NCBI GenBank assembly: GCA_945872855.1 | Contig: CAMCAW010000005.1 | Span: 1-61,116 of the forward strand | DNA length: 61,116 bases | Origin: Rickettsia typhi | GTDB lineage: Bacteria > Pseudomonadota > Alphaproteobacteria > Rickettsiales > UBA1997 | Direction of reading: 5' to 3' | Shown here: piece by piece, positions 1-9,988 of the stretch | How the letters are laid out: each line of letters starts with the position of its first letter | How positions within the stretch are numbered: the stretch's first letter is position 1 | Program-made: the position numbers and the translations under genes | The notes under the pieces: generated by a model | Databases searched by the model: none | What the model was told of the DNA's origin: nothing | The model's input: the letters and a program-made list of their open reading frames with translations, nothing else

Positions 1-2
1 AA

Positions 3-1154
3 GAAAAAATTCAGCAGAATTTGCAAGGAATAAAAAATACTTTGGCGCAGTTTATTTCTTTTGGTGATGTAGATAGCTCTTACTCTGACAGGGCTGCAGC
101 GCGATTAGTAAATAACGATGATTGGCTAGGAAATATAAATTACATCAAGTTTTTGCGTGATGTCGGCAAGTGTTTTTCGGTGAATCGCATGCTCACTTTT
201 GATTCGGTGAAGACTAGACTAGAGCGCGATCAGTCACTTTCGTTTCTTGAGTTTAATTACATGATTTTGCAGGCCTATGATTTTTATGAGCTGAATGAAG
301 AATATGGTTGTCGCTTACAGATTGGCGGGTCGGATCAATGGGGGAATATTGTAAGTGGAATTGACTTTACTAGAATAAAGGGCATCAAGAAATTCAATAC
401 AGAATCTCGCGATAAACTAGAAAAATTTCAATCTAAAGGCGAGGAATATAAAAAGTTCGAAGATGTTTATAGTATGAATAAATTTGTAAGTGCATCGAAA
501 GAGGAATCTGAATTTAAGACAGAAATCAAGCATTTTATTGAGGATCATTATAAATTGTATAATGAAATTACCAATGCAACATCCGTTTTTGGCCTAACCT
601 CACCACTACTAACCACCGCCGACGGCAAAAAAATGGGCAAAACCGCTGATGGTGCGGTCTGGCTTGATTCTAGCATGCTTGCGCCATTCGACTATTTTCA
701 ATATTTTCGTAACACCCACGATGCAGATGTGGTAAAATTCCTCAAACTTTTCACCGATTTGAGTCTCGCAGAAATTTCTGAACTCGCAAAACTTAAAGAT
801 CAAGAAATCAACAAAGCCAAGGAAATCCTAGCTTTCGAGGTTACAAAAATTTGCCATGGCGAAAAAATTGCGCAAGAAGTTTTGCAAAAAGCGCGTGAAA
901 TTTTTGTTGCCAAAAGCTCCGCAGCCTATGAAATTAAAGAGATCGCAATAGGTGATGGAAAAAAACTTATTGAAATTATTAAAGAAATTGGCGCAGTAGA
1001 ATCTAATGCTGAGGCAAAAAGATTAATTGAGGGAAGGGGCGTTAAAATCAATGATCAAGCGGTTTTAGAGGTGAATCACTTTATAAAAGACGCAGGAGAA
1101 TTTAACTTGGCGGTAGGTAAGAAAAAGTTTTTTAAGATTATTGCGAAGGCGTAA
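3..1154 (+). CDS. tyrS: Tyrosine--tRNA ligase (5' end outside window), with a ~60 aa insertion
   Basis: EFNYMILQAYDF, QIGGSDQWGNI, KMGKT (KMSKS-type) motif, C-terminal S4-like domain. The frame is open to the window edge. Confidence 0.97.
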   Translation, partial: EKIQQNLQGIKNTLAQFISFGDVDSSYSDRAAARLVNNDDWLGNINYIKFLRDVGKCFSVNRMLTFDSVKTRLERDQSLSFLEFNYMILQAYDFYELNEEYGCRLQIGGSDQWGNIVSGIDFTRIKGIKKFNTESRDKLEKFQSKGEEYKKFEDVYSMNKFVSASKEESEFKTEIKHFIEDHYKLYNEITNATSVFGLTSPLLTTADGKKMGKTADGAVWLDSSMLAPFDYFQYFRNTHDADVVKFLKLFTDLSLAEISELAKLKDQEINKAKEILAFEVTKICHGEKIAQEVLQKAREIFVAKSSAAYEIKEIAIGDGKKLIEIIKEIGAVESNAEAKRLIEGRGVKINDQAVLEVNHFIKDAGEFNLAVGKKKFFKIIAKA

Positions 1155-1216
1155 AAAAATCTGGGGAATTAGCTGAAATAGGGGCTCGCTAGGAAAATAG
1201 CATCACAAATTTGGCT

Positions 1217-1247
1217 AAAAAAATGGGGCGCTAATTTCGCCCCATTT
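1217..1247 (-). terminator. Intrinsic terminator between convergent tyrS and rpe
   Basis: Stem aaatggggcg/cgccccattt, with a U-tract on the minus strand. Confidence 0.7.
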
Positions 1248-1286
1248 CACGCAATCACCTTCCTCGCTTTTTAATGACACTTAAAT

Positions 1287-1937
1287 TTACCGCAAGCTTT
1301 TAATCGCCTTTTGATAATCGCCGCTGCCAAAAATATAAGATCCAGAAACCAAAACATCTGCACCGGCTGCAATCACCATCTGCGCAGTCTCAGGGTTAAT
1401 CCCGCCATCAACTTGCAAATCAATTTTGCGCCCACTTTTTGCAATTTTCGTGCGAATATTTTTTATTTTTTCAAGTTGCGATGCTAAAAATTTTTGCCCG
1501 CCAAAGCCCGGATTTACTGTCATCACCAAAATTAAATCAACTTTATCCATCACATAATCCAACACATTTTCTGAAGTTGACGGCACCAAAGAAACCCCCA
1601 CTTTTTTACCAAAAGATTTGATAAGTGAGAGGCTGCGATCAAGATGTATAGAGGCTTCGGCATGTATCGTAATAATATCTGCGCCAGCATCAGCAAAATT
1701 TTTTACGTGATTATCGGGATTATTTATCATCAAATGCACATCGAAAGGCAGCGCCGAATGGCCCCGCAGAGATTTTACTACCTCATTTCCAATTGTGATA
1801 TTTGGTACAAAACTGCCATCCATAACATCGATGTGAATATAGTCTGCACCCGCTTCAGTAATGGCTTTAAGCTCTTCTCCCAATCTAGCGAAATCTGCAG
1901 AAAGAATTGATGGAGCAATTTTGATTTGATTTACCAT
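1287..1937 (-). CDS. rpe: Ribulose-phosphate 3-epimerase
   Basis: IAPSILSADF, HIDVMDG, DVHLM, MTVNPGFGGQKF, VDGGIN. Confidence 0.97.
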   Translation of the reverse strand: MVNQIKIAPSILSADFARLGEELKAITEAGADYIHIDVMDGSFVPNITIGNEVVKSLRGHSALPFDVHLMINNPDNHVKNFADAGADIITIHAEASIHLDRSLSLIKSFGKKVGVSLVPSTSENVLDYVMDKVDLILVMTVNPGFGGQKFLASQLEKIKNIRTKIAKSGRKIDLQVDGGINPETAQMVIAAGADVLVSGSYIFGSGDYQKAIKSLR

Positions 1938-2024
1938 GGAATATCATGTTTAATTAGCAAAAATACTTGCGAGAAGCTAATATTAGCTTAATTGCGCATA
2001 TATAAACTATAACTTAAAAACTTA

Positions 2025-3446
2025 ATGATCATCAAAATTTTCAACACACTTTCTCGCAAGGAAGAAGTGCTGACAACCCTAGAGCCAGAACATTTGCGCA
2101 TGTATGTCTGTGGCCCCACGGTTTATGATCGTCCGCATTTAGGCAATGCGCGCAGTGCGGTGGTCTATGATTTATTCTACAGATTCTTTCGGCGCGTCTA
2201 CCCGCGCGTCACCTACGTTCGCAACATTACCGATGTTGACGATAAAATAAATTTAGCCGCGCGCGAGCGTAAAATCATGATCAGCGAGCTTACTAGAGAA
2301 ATAACAAAAGTTTTTCATCAAGACATGGACGCGCTAAATGTGCTGCGCCCAACCATTGAGCCGCGTGCCACCGAGCATATTCCAGATATGATTGTTATGA
2401 TTGAAGAATTAATAAAAACGGGCCACGCTTATGTGAATGATGGCCATGTTTTGTTTGATGTAAAGTCTTGTAAAGACTACGGCGCCTTGTCTCGCAGGTC
2501 GCTTGATGAAATGATTGCAGGCTCGCGCGTTGAAGTTGCCTCTTACAAAAAAGACCCGCTAGATTTTGTATTATGGAAGCCCGCCAATGCCGAAGATGAC
2601 GCCTCGTCAATCTTCGAGAGCCCTTGGGGCAGTGGGCGTCCGGGTTGGCATATTGAATGTTCGGCGATGAGTTCAAAATATCTCGGCGCCGATTTTGATG
2701 TGCATGGCGGCGGAGCAGATTTACAATTTCCGCATCATGAAAATGAAATCGCACAAAGCAGGTGTGCTAACGCTTCGTCGCATTATGCGCGCTTCTGGAT
2801 TCACAATGGTTTCTTAACAGTGAATGGCGAAAAAATGAGCAAATCGCTCAAAAATTTTATCACAGTTCGCGATTTGCTTGATAAAAATATTGATGGCATT
2901 GCAATCAGGTATTTGCTGCTTGCAACCCATTATCGCAAGCCATTCGATTATAACCAAAAAACGCTCGACGATGCCAAAAAATCTATCGAAAAATTCTATG
3001 CAATTTTTGATGAAAATGATTTATTGCAATATCGCGCCAACCCGTCTCTAACCCTTGAAACAAGCCACTTAATGCAGAATATTTTGCGTGACTTGGCAGA
3101 AGATTTAAACGCAGCAAAAGTTTTGGCTTTATTGCATGCAGAAGTATCAGAAATTAAATTAGAGAATAACAGAAAACTAAAATACGATTTCATTGTAGCC
3201 CTTGATTTTCTAGGCCTGCTAGATGATCAATTTTTTTCTAAACGCAGCAACAACAGCAACATTGACGAAAATCATATTATTGAACAAATTGCTTTGCGCG
3301 CTCATGCAAAAACCAATAAAGATTGGGCCTTAGCAGATAAAATTCGCAATGATTTATTGGCACAAAATATTGCGTTAGAAGATGTGAGTGGCGTAGATGA
3401 ATCGGGTGCAAAAATCATAAAAACAATTTGGAGAATTGTAAAATAA
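2025..3446 (+). CDS. cysS: Cysteine--tRNA ligase
   Basis: YVCGPTVY, HLGN, GRPGWHIECSAM, FPHHENE, KMSKS. Confidence 0.98.
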   Translation: MIIKIFNTLSRKEEVLTTLEPEHLRMYVCGPTVYDRPHLGNARSAVVYDLFYRFFRRVYPRVTYVRNITDVDDKINLAARERKIMISELTREITKVFHQDMDALNVLRPTIEPRATEHIPDMIVMIEELIKTGHAYVNDGHVLFDVKSCKDYGALSRRSLDEMIAGSRVEVASYKKDPLDFVLWKPANAEDDASSIFESPWGSGRPGWHIECSAMSSKYLGADFDVHGGGADLQFPHHENEIAQSRCANASSHYARFWIHNGFLTVNGEKMSKSLKNFITVRDLLDKNIDGIAIRYLLLATHYRKPFDYNQKTLDDAKKSIEKFYAIFDENDLLQYRANPSLTLETSHLMQNILRDLAEDLNAAKVLALLHAEVSEIKLENNRKLKYDFIVALDFLGLLDDQFFSKRSNNSNIDENHIIEQIALRAHAKTNKDWALADKIRNDLLAQNIALEDVSGVDESGAKIIKTIWRIVK

Positions 3447-6400
3447 TGATGATAGAAAGCCCTCTTAACCCAGCTCTGGCGCTAGATTTCTACGATCTTT
3501 ATAATTCTGAAGGATTGCAAAAAGTTGAAGAAAAATTTCAGCAATTTTTTGCAATTAAAAATCAGAATCTTCATCAAAATTTTGCGGCACTAAAAAATAA
3601 TCCATTATCTTTTGATAAGAAGCAGCAAACGGCAATTTTGATAGAAGCGGCGCGGGCTTTAGAAGATTTCTTAGTTTATCTTTTTAACATCGAAAAAGAA
3701 AATTTAGCGTTAAAAAATGAGCATGCGGTTTTGCAGAAAATTTATTTTGTGAAGCGTGAGTTTGTGCAAAGAATTGTTGCAAAGAAATTTAAAGAAGCGC
3801 CACTAGATGTAGATGGGAGAAGGGTTTTGGAGAAATTTGTAGAAACAGAGCAAAATAACGCCACAATTTTAGAAAAAAATTTCGCTCAAAAAATTTTCTC
3901 GCTGCTTGAAAAAGAAAAAAACCTTACCGAAGAAGAGCAAAAAGAATTTGAATCGCTGGCGCTATACGCAGCTTGGGCCCTTTATTCTCTAGAGGGCAAA
4001 AAATTACACGCAGATGGCGCGCTGTTTAAATTGCCGCAAAAAATTGATCATCAAAAATTATTTGATTTTGAAAAAGAAGCGAACACTTATCGCGCAGGCA
4101 AGAGTGACGCTGCTTTAGCGCATAAGCGCGATGGATTTAATCTTACTGATAAAGGTTTTAGCTTAAATCAAACGCTTGCCGAAGCGCATTATTGCATCTT
4201 CTGTCACAATCAGAATAAGGATTCGTGCCGTACGGGCATTAAGGAGAATGTGTCTAAGCAGTTTGCGCGAGATCCGCTCGGCCTAGAGCTTCATGGATGC
4301 CCGCTCGATCAAAAAATTTCTGAAATGAATTTGTTGAAAAGTGAGGGATTTTCTCTCGCCTCGCTTGCCATCGCTGCGCTAGATAATCCGCTGCTTGCGG
4401 GCACAGGGCATCGTATTTGCAATGATTGCATGAAGTCTTGCATCTTTCAAAAACAAGACCCCGTCAATATTCCGCAAATTGAAAGTGAAAATTTAAAGGA
4501 TGTTTTAAAATTGCCTTATGGCTTCGAGATCTACTCGCTGTTAACTCGGTGGAATCCGCTAAATTTAGCGCAACCAATAGCGCACAAAAATTCTGGTAAA
4601 AAAATTCTCATCGCAGGACTTGGGCCCGCTGGTTATACGCTCGCGCACTATTTGTTGAATGATGGACACACTGTTGTTGCAATCGATGGATTAAAAATTG
4701 AGCCACTTGACCCTACAATTTCAGGAATCGATCACCATGGTGGGCGCATAAAATTTAAGCCAATAAAATTTCTCGATGAAATTTATGAGCCACTCTCAAG
4801 TCGCTTAATTCAAGGCTTTGGAGGTGTTGCAGAATATGGAATTACGGTGCGTTGGGATAAAAATTTCCTCAAAATAATTCGTCTTTTATTAGAGCGCCGT
4901 GAAAATTTTCGCATGTTTGGCGGCATTCGTTTTGGATCGTCAATCACCGATAAAACCGCGTTTGATGAATATGGCTTTGACCATGTTGCGCTCTGCATTG
5001 GCGCTGGTCGGCCCAACATTGTCAATATTAAAAATAACTACGCCAAAGGCATTAGATCTGCTTCTGATTTCTTGATGTCTTTGCAATTAAATGGCGCTTT
5101 CAAAGAAGAATTATTCGCAAATTTGCAAGTGCGGATGCCAATTGTTGTAATTGGCGGAGGTCTTACGGCAGTTGATACCGCAACAGAAGCGCAAGAATAT
5201 TATTTTACGCAAATTAAAAAATTCACTCGCCAATTTGCAAAATTAAAAGAGCTTTTTGGTGAAAAAAAAATTTGGTCAGAATTGAGCGAGGAGGAGAAAA
5301 TTATCGCGCAAGAATTTTTAGCGCATCAAGATGAGGTCAATAAACACGGACGCTCATCATTGTTGCAAAAAATTGCTGGCGTAAAAATTATCTATCGCAA
5401 AAAAATTCAAGATGCGCCTTCCTACAGGCTCAATCATCAAGAGCTTTCGGCGGCGTTAAAAGAAGGAGTCGAATTTATTGCCAATTCTAATCCAAGCGAG
5501 GCGCTGCTTGATGAATTTGGGCATATTAGTGCAATTAAATGCGATGATGGTCAGGTTTTTTCTTGCAAAACTTTATTGATCGCGGCGGGCACCACGCCTA
5601 ATCTGGCGCCAGTTTTAGAAGACGGATTAGACTTCAAATTAGAGGGAAAATATTTTGCTGCAATTGATAAAAATGGTCGCAAAATCGACATAACTCATAT
5701 GACCAAACCCCTTGATTTTAGCGTCTTCACCAAGATTGATGCTCAAAATAGAGCGGTGAGTTTTTTTGGAGATTTACATCCAAATTTTGAAGGAAATGTT
5801 GTGAAGGCAATGGCTAGCGCGAAAGAGGGACATAAGATGATCAGCGATTTATTAGCGCAAAATGAATCGCGAGATGCAAACGTAGTGCCGATTAAATATT
5901 TTGCTAATGAGGCATCGCAACAAAATGAAATAAACAATAAGTTTTTACAAAAAATAAACGATAATTTTCTTGTAAAAATTAAAGAAATAAATCGCCTTTC
6001 CGACCATGTGGTTGAAGTGTTTGTGCAGGCTCCGCTTTTAGCAAAACAAACGCAGCTTGGGCAAATTTTTCGCTTACAAAATTATCATGCTTTGGCCAAA
6101 AAAATCGATGGTCAATTATTGGCAATGGAGGGAATTCCTATTACCGCGCTAAGCGTTGATGCTGCAGGTGGTATCATTAGCGGCATCGTTGTTGAAACTG
6201 GCGGCTCGGCAAGCTTAATAAAAAATCTAAAACCAAACGAGCCCATTATTTTCATGGGCCCAAGCGGTAAACCAACGGAAGTTGCTAAAAATGAAACCGT
6301 AGTTTTAATTGGCGGAGGTCGCGGCAACATGCCATTAACCGCAGTCGCACAAGCCTACAAAGCCAACGGCTGCAAGATTATTTTCTGCGCTGGTTATCGC

Positions 6401-6895
6401 AAAAATTCTTACATCACGCGCCAAAATGAAATGGAAAAATTTAGCGATATTCTGATTTATGCCATCGAAGAAGAAGTGCCAAACATAAAATTAAATAGGC
6501 CGCAAGATCAACAATATCAAGGCACGGTAATCGATGCTTTGAAAAAATATTTCTCCCAAGATCAACAAAAAATCGATAGAATTTTTACTATTGGTGGCGA
6601 CAAAATGATGGCTGGAATCGCCCGCTTGCGTCATGAAAATTCATTAAAAAATTTTACTGCAGCGCCAATTGCAATCACTAGTCTCAACGCTCCAATGCAA
6701 TGCATGTTGAAAGGCGTTTGCTCACAATGTTTGCAAAAAAGAAAGAATGATAATGGAGAGTGGGAATATTTTTATTCATGCGCTAGTCAAGATCAAGATA
6801 TGGACAGACTAGATTTTAAGCATCTTCACAGCCGCTGCGTACAAAATTCTCTACAAGAAAAAATAACAAAAATGTGGATAAAAACTCTGGTGTAA
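3446..6895 (+). CDS. Fe-S/FAD oxidoreductase: GltD/NfnB-like N-terminal part fused to a PyrK/NfnA-like FNR domain
   Basis: CIFC..C..CP and RICNDCMKSC Cys clusters, GLGPAG and GGGLTAVD nucleotide-binding motifs, C-terminal MQCMLKGVCSQC..C. ATG at 3446 overlaps the cysS stop. Confidence 0.85.
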   Translation: MMIESPLNPALALDFYDLYNSEGLQKVEEKFQQFFAIKNQNLHQNFAALKNNPLSFDKKQQTAILIEAARALEDFLVYLFNIEKENLALKNEHAVLQKIYFVKREFVQRIVAKKFKEAPLDVDGRRVLEKFVETEQNNATILEKNFAQKIFSLLEKEKNLTEEEQKEFESLALYAAWALYSLEGKKLHADGALFKLPQKIDHQKLFDFEKEANTYRAGKSDAALAHKRDGFNLTDKGFSLNQTLAEAHYCIFCHNQNKDSCRTGIKENVSKQFARDPLGLELHGCPLDQKISEMNLLKSEGFSLASLAIAALDNPLLAGTGHRICNDCMKSCIFQKQDPVNIPQIESENLKDVLKLPYGFEIYSLLTRWNPLNLAQPIAHKNSGKKILIAGLGPAGYTLAHYLLNDGHTVVAIDGLKIEPLDPTISGIDHHGGRIKFKPIKFLDEIYEPLSSRLIQGFGGVAEYGITVRWDKNFLKIIRLLLERRENFRMFGGIRFGSSITDKTAFDEYGFDHVALCIGAGRPNIVNIKNNYAKGIRSASDFLMSLQLNGAFKEELFANLQVRMPIVVIGGGLTAVDTATEAQEYYFTQIKKFTRQFAKLKELFGEKKIWSELSEEEKIIAQEFLAHQDEVNKHGRSSLLQKIAGVKIIYRKKIQDAPSYRLNHQELSAALKEGVEFIANSNPSEALLDEFGHISAIKCDDGQVFSCKTLLIAAGTTPNLAPVLEDGLDFKLEGKYFAAIDKNGRKIDITHMTKPLDFSVFTKIDAQNRAVSFFGDLHPNFEGNVVKAMASAKEGHKMISDLLAQNESRDANVVPIKYFANEASQQNEINNKFLQKINDNFLVKIKEINRLSDHVVEVFVQAPLLAKQTQLGQIFRLQNYHALAKKIDGQLLAMEGIPITALSVDAAGGIISGIVVETGGSASLIKNLKPNEPIIFMGPSGKPTEVAKNETVVLIGGGRGNMPLTAVAQAYKANGCKIIFCAGYRKNSYITRQNEMEKFSDILIYAIEEEVPNIKLNRPQDQQYQGTVIDALKKYFSQDQQKIDRIFTIGGDKMMAGIARLRHENSLKNFTAAPIAITSLNAPMQCMLKGVCSQCLQKRKNDNGEWEYFYSCASQDQDMDRLDFKHLHSRCVQNSLQEKITKMWIKTLV

Positions 6896-6899
6896 TTAA

Positions 6900-6932
6900 A
6901 AATTTGGGGCGATAAATTCTAGCCCCAAATTT
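6900..6932. terminator. Probable bidirectional terminator
   Basis: Inverted repeat aaatttggggc/gccccaaattt between convergent genes. Confidence 0.6.
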
Positions 6933-6944
6933 CTCAAGAAAAGT

Positions 6945-7478
6945 TTAGTTAGGAACTACAACTGCGCGACGATTCTTTGCATAAACATCTTCGCTGGTGC
7001 CAAAATAAGCAGGGCGCTCTTTGCCGTAAGAAATAATTTGAATGCGCGATGAATCGATACCGCCATTTACCAAATAATTTTTAGTTGATAATGCTCTTCT
7101 TTCGCCAAGCGCGATGTTGTATTCACGGGTGCCGCGCTCATCGCAATGGCCTTCAATCGTGATTTTTACATCGGGGCTACTTTTTAACCAAGCGATTTGA
7201 GTCGCCAATATTGCTTTAGCTTCTTCGTTAACGTCAAATGCGTTATAGCCAAAAAATATACGATCTTGAACTTCAACTTCTTTAACGGTTTCAACCACGC
7301 CTTCATTCAGCGTTTTGGCCTGTTGTTCGCTTGCGAGTGATTGATATGATTGATCTATCGATTTATCTTCAATAATAACTTGATCGTCGGACGACATTGA
7401 TGGTGAGTCGTTTTTTGAGACGCTTTTGCAAGAGGCTAATGATAGAATGAAAATGATGAGCGATAATTTTTTTATCAT
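6945..7478 (-). CDS. pal: Peptidoglycan-associated lipoprotein
   Basis: Lipobox LASC; OmpA-like domain with IEGHCDERGTREYNIALGERRA, SYGKERP, NRRAV. Confidence 0.95.
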   Translation of the reverse strand: MIKKLSLIIFILSLASCKSVSKNDSPSMSSDDQVIIEDKSIDQSYQSLASEQQAKTLNEGVVETVKEVEVQDRIFFGYNAFDVNEEAKAILATQIAWLKSSPDVKITIEGHCDERGTREYNIALGERRALSTKNYLVNGGIDSSRIQIISYGKERPAYFGTSEDVYAKNRRAVVVPN

Positions 7479-7658
7479 ATTGACCCTTTAATTTAGCTGG
7501 AGGTTCTCGCAATGCGAGGAAAATAACATTATAAAAAGTTAATAACAATAAAAAGCATTGTCAATTAAGAGTTTTTCTTTTTGACAAAAAACTTGCACTT
7601 GCACGCAATATCTGCTACAGTAGAGCGATTATTAAAATCTAACTCAGAAAATTCAATC

Positions 7659-9986
7659 ATGTTGTTTTGGCAAAGAGAAAATATAGCCCGCGCTCCTAAT
7701 GGTGCCGTTATTGGCCCAATGACATTAGCAGAAACACGAGAGGCGGAAGAGAAAAAATTTCGCGAAGAAATAATTGAAGTTGTTAATAAAATTTATGATA
7801 AGAATTCTAAGCCAGCTATTGCTGTTGTTGATGGGCTGGTGAAGCAATATGGCAATCCTACTCTAAGTGACGAGGCGCGACAAGCTTTTGTAAAGAGCGC
7901 TAAAGATACGTTAAGCACTCGCGTTAAAATGGTTGAGCAGCATGCCAACGTGTTGCGTAAACAAGCGGAAGTTAAAAGATCGCAAGAAAATCCGGGTGAA
8001 ATTGATTTGAATACGCTAGTTCCTGAGATGAAGAGTAAAATGGGATATGGCAATCGTCGTTGGCTAGCCGCTTCTGATCCATATGGGCCGCAGTATGATG
8101 ACATGATTTTGAGTCAAGATAAAATTGACGAAATAAAAGAAGACTCCTCCTCTACTTTTTATACCAAGCCGTCAACTGGCAGGAGCTTACCATTTATTCC
8201 TAGCTATAAGAGATTGCTGCATGCGGCAAATAAGCAAACCTCGATGGCATTGGCCGATAACTCGCGAGATTTGAATGCGCTAATTGAAACTGGAAAGCCT
8301 TTACCGCCAAAATCCAGCAATGCCAAGGCTGCAGAAGGGGTTCTTGGTGCAGGAGCTTCTATGGCCGAGCAAAGTTTGAATGCGTTTCATAGCATTTTTA
8401 ATGCTGCGGGCAAGGGCATTTATAGTAAATCTGATCCAAATCAAAGTTCTTATTTGCGCGAATATTACGATAAGCGCAATAAACTTTTTTCTAACTTGTT
8501 ATGGAGTCTTGAGCCGGGGCAGAGCAAAAATTCTAAGTTGTTGCAAAGATTCAAAAAAATTCTTGAAGATTCGGAAAATGAAGATGGTTTGTTAGATGAA
8601 AAATCATTTAGTGAATTAACAAAAATAATCACTGAGGAAATTAAGAAAGATGAGGGTGCAAACAAAGAGCAGATGACGAAGTTTAATGAAAGAATAAATG
8701 ATCTAAACAAGAAAGTGCTAGAAAGCGCCAAAGAGCAAACCGAAGATTCGGACGCAATGTTTAAGTGGCGAGTTTTGCAGGTAGCGCTAATAATTACGCC
8801 ATTCGCGGGCGTTAGTATCATGGGGCCAATTACGAATATTTTTTCTGGCGTATTTATGAATGCTGGTGGCATAGGGCAGGGTATTGCCTCGCTTGCCACC
8901 TCGGAATATACTGGGCCATTCGGACAACTTTGCGAGTGGCTTCATCTTGATGAGGTAATCAGGTGGCTGCTTTGCGATATGCCAGTTATTAGTGATGCGG
9001 TTGGCGTTGTAGATAGTGCTCTCTCAAGTGACTTGGTGCAGGGCGTTCTTGAGGGAGCGATAGTGCCTTTGGCGGGCTCATCCATAGTGCCAGTTGCGAT
9101 AGCAGGCGTATTCAGTTTATTTCGCGCTAATTCTGAGATTGCATATTTTACAAAATATGGCGATGCATTCAAAGGTCACGAAAAAGCGATAAGAGAAGAA
9201 TTGAGTAAGATAGAGCAAGAGGCTCTAGATCGCGGTGGCCTTAACGCAAAAGAGTTTGTCGATAAAAAATTTAATATTTTGCGAGATTTTTATTACAAAG
9301 CTTCATTAGTAAATTATGCTGCAGAAAAATTTCAGCAAATGAAAAGCCCAGCTGGCGATGATAAATTTTTTAATGAAATAATGGGTCCAGATTTTGTGGA
9401 GGCCGTAAAAAATTATCGCGCAAGGGGAGAAGATGAGAGGATTCATAAGGTGTTTAATGAAGATGGAAATATTTCTAATAAAGAGCTCATGAATTTTTTG
9501 GCAAAAAACCCAGATCGCCAAGATTTTTATGATAATATCTTGCTGTTTTGTGCTTTAGAAAAAAAGGCTCAAGAGGCAGATAGGGGCGGAATAGTAATGG
9601 ATAAGGTGATGGCAGATTTTATAGATATACGAGACAATCATCCAGAATCTGCCGCAGAATTACTCAAAGAGGCGAAAAATCTACAAAAAGAAGAATATAT
9701 TTTGCGATTAGCAATAGATCGCGGCATCGATTGTAGCAAGGTTCTAGATCAAGATGAGTTTGGCGCAAGTAAAGGCGAGAGAGCAAATGCGTTGAAAGAA
9801 GTTGAAAATAAAATAAAGGAAGAAGAGGCTAGGCTTTTAGACAAAAATCCGCTCGATGTGCAGCGCTCAAAAATAGCAAAAAATTTATTACCAATGTCTC
9901 CTGCTAATATTTTGCGCCCAGATTCTTATTCATCTTCTCCGCTTATTCCGAGCGGTCGTCCTGTTTCGGTCGGGGGTTTTAAATAA
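7659..9986 (+). CDS. Large orphan coiled-coil protein with a central Gly-rich hydrophobic region
   Basis: Long ORF with a likely ATG at 7659; hydrophobic segments VLQVALIITPFAG... and AIVPLAGSSIVPVAIAGVFSLF; no recognisable family. Confidence 0.75.
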   Translation: MLFWQRENIARAPNGAVIGPMTLAETREAEEKKFREEIIEVVNKIYDKNSKPAIAVVDGLVKQYGNPTLSDEARQAFVKSAKDTLSTRVKMVEQHANVLRKQAEVKRSQENPGEIDLNTLVPEMKSKMGYGNRRWLAASDPYGPQYDDMILSQDKIDEIKEDSSSTFYTKPSTGRSLPFIPSYKRLLHAANKQTSMALADNSRDLNALIETGKPLPPKSSNAKAAEGVLGAGASMAEQSLNAFHSIFNAAGKGIYSKSDPNQSSYLREYYDKRNKLFSNLLWSLEPGQSKNSKLLQRFKKILEDSENEDGLLDEKSFSELTKIITEEIKKDEGANKEQMTKFNERINDLNKKVLESAKEQTEDSDAMFKWRVLQVALIITPFAGVSIMGPITNIFSGVFMNAGGIGQGIASLATSEYTGPFGQLCEWLHLDEVIRWLLCDMPVISDAVGVVDSALSSDLVQGVLEGAIVPLAGSSIVPVAIAGVFSLFRANSEIAYFTKYGDAFKGHEKAIREELSKIEQEALDRGGLNAKEFVDKKFNILRDFYYKASLVNYAAEKFQQMKSPAGDDKFFNEIMGPDFVEAVKNYRARGEDERIHKVFNEDGNISNKELMNFLAKNPDRQDFYDNILLFCALEKKAQEADRGGIVMDKVMADFIDIRDNHPESAAELLKEAKNLQKEEYILRLAIDRGIDCSKVLDQDEFGASKGERANALKEVENKIKEEEARLLDKNPLDVQRSKIAKNLLPMSPANILRPDSYSSSPLIPSGRPVSVGGFK

Positions 9987-9988
9987 AT

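Noticed and set aside
381-578. TyrRS insert as an intein
   Set aside because: Too short, and lacks Cys/Ser start and His-Asn end signatures.
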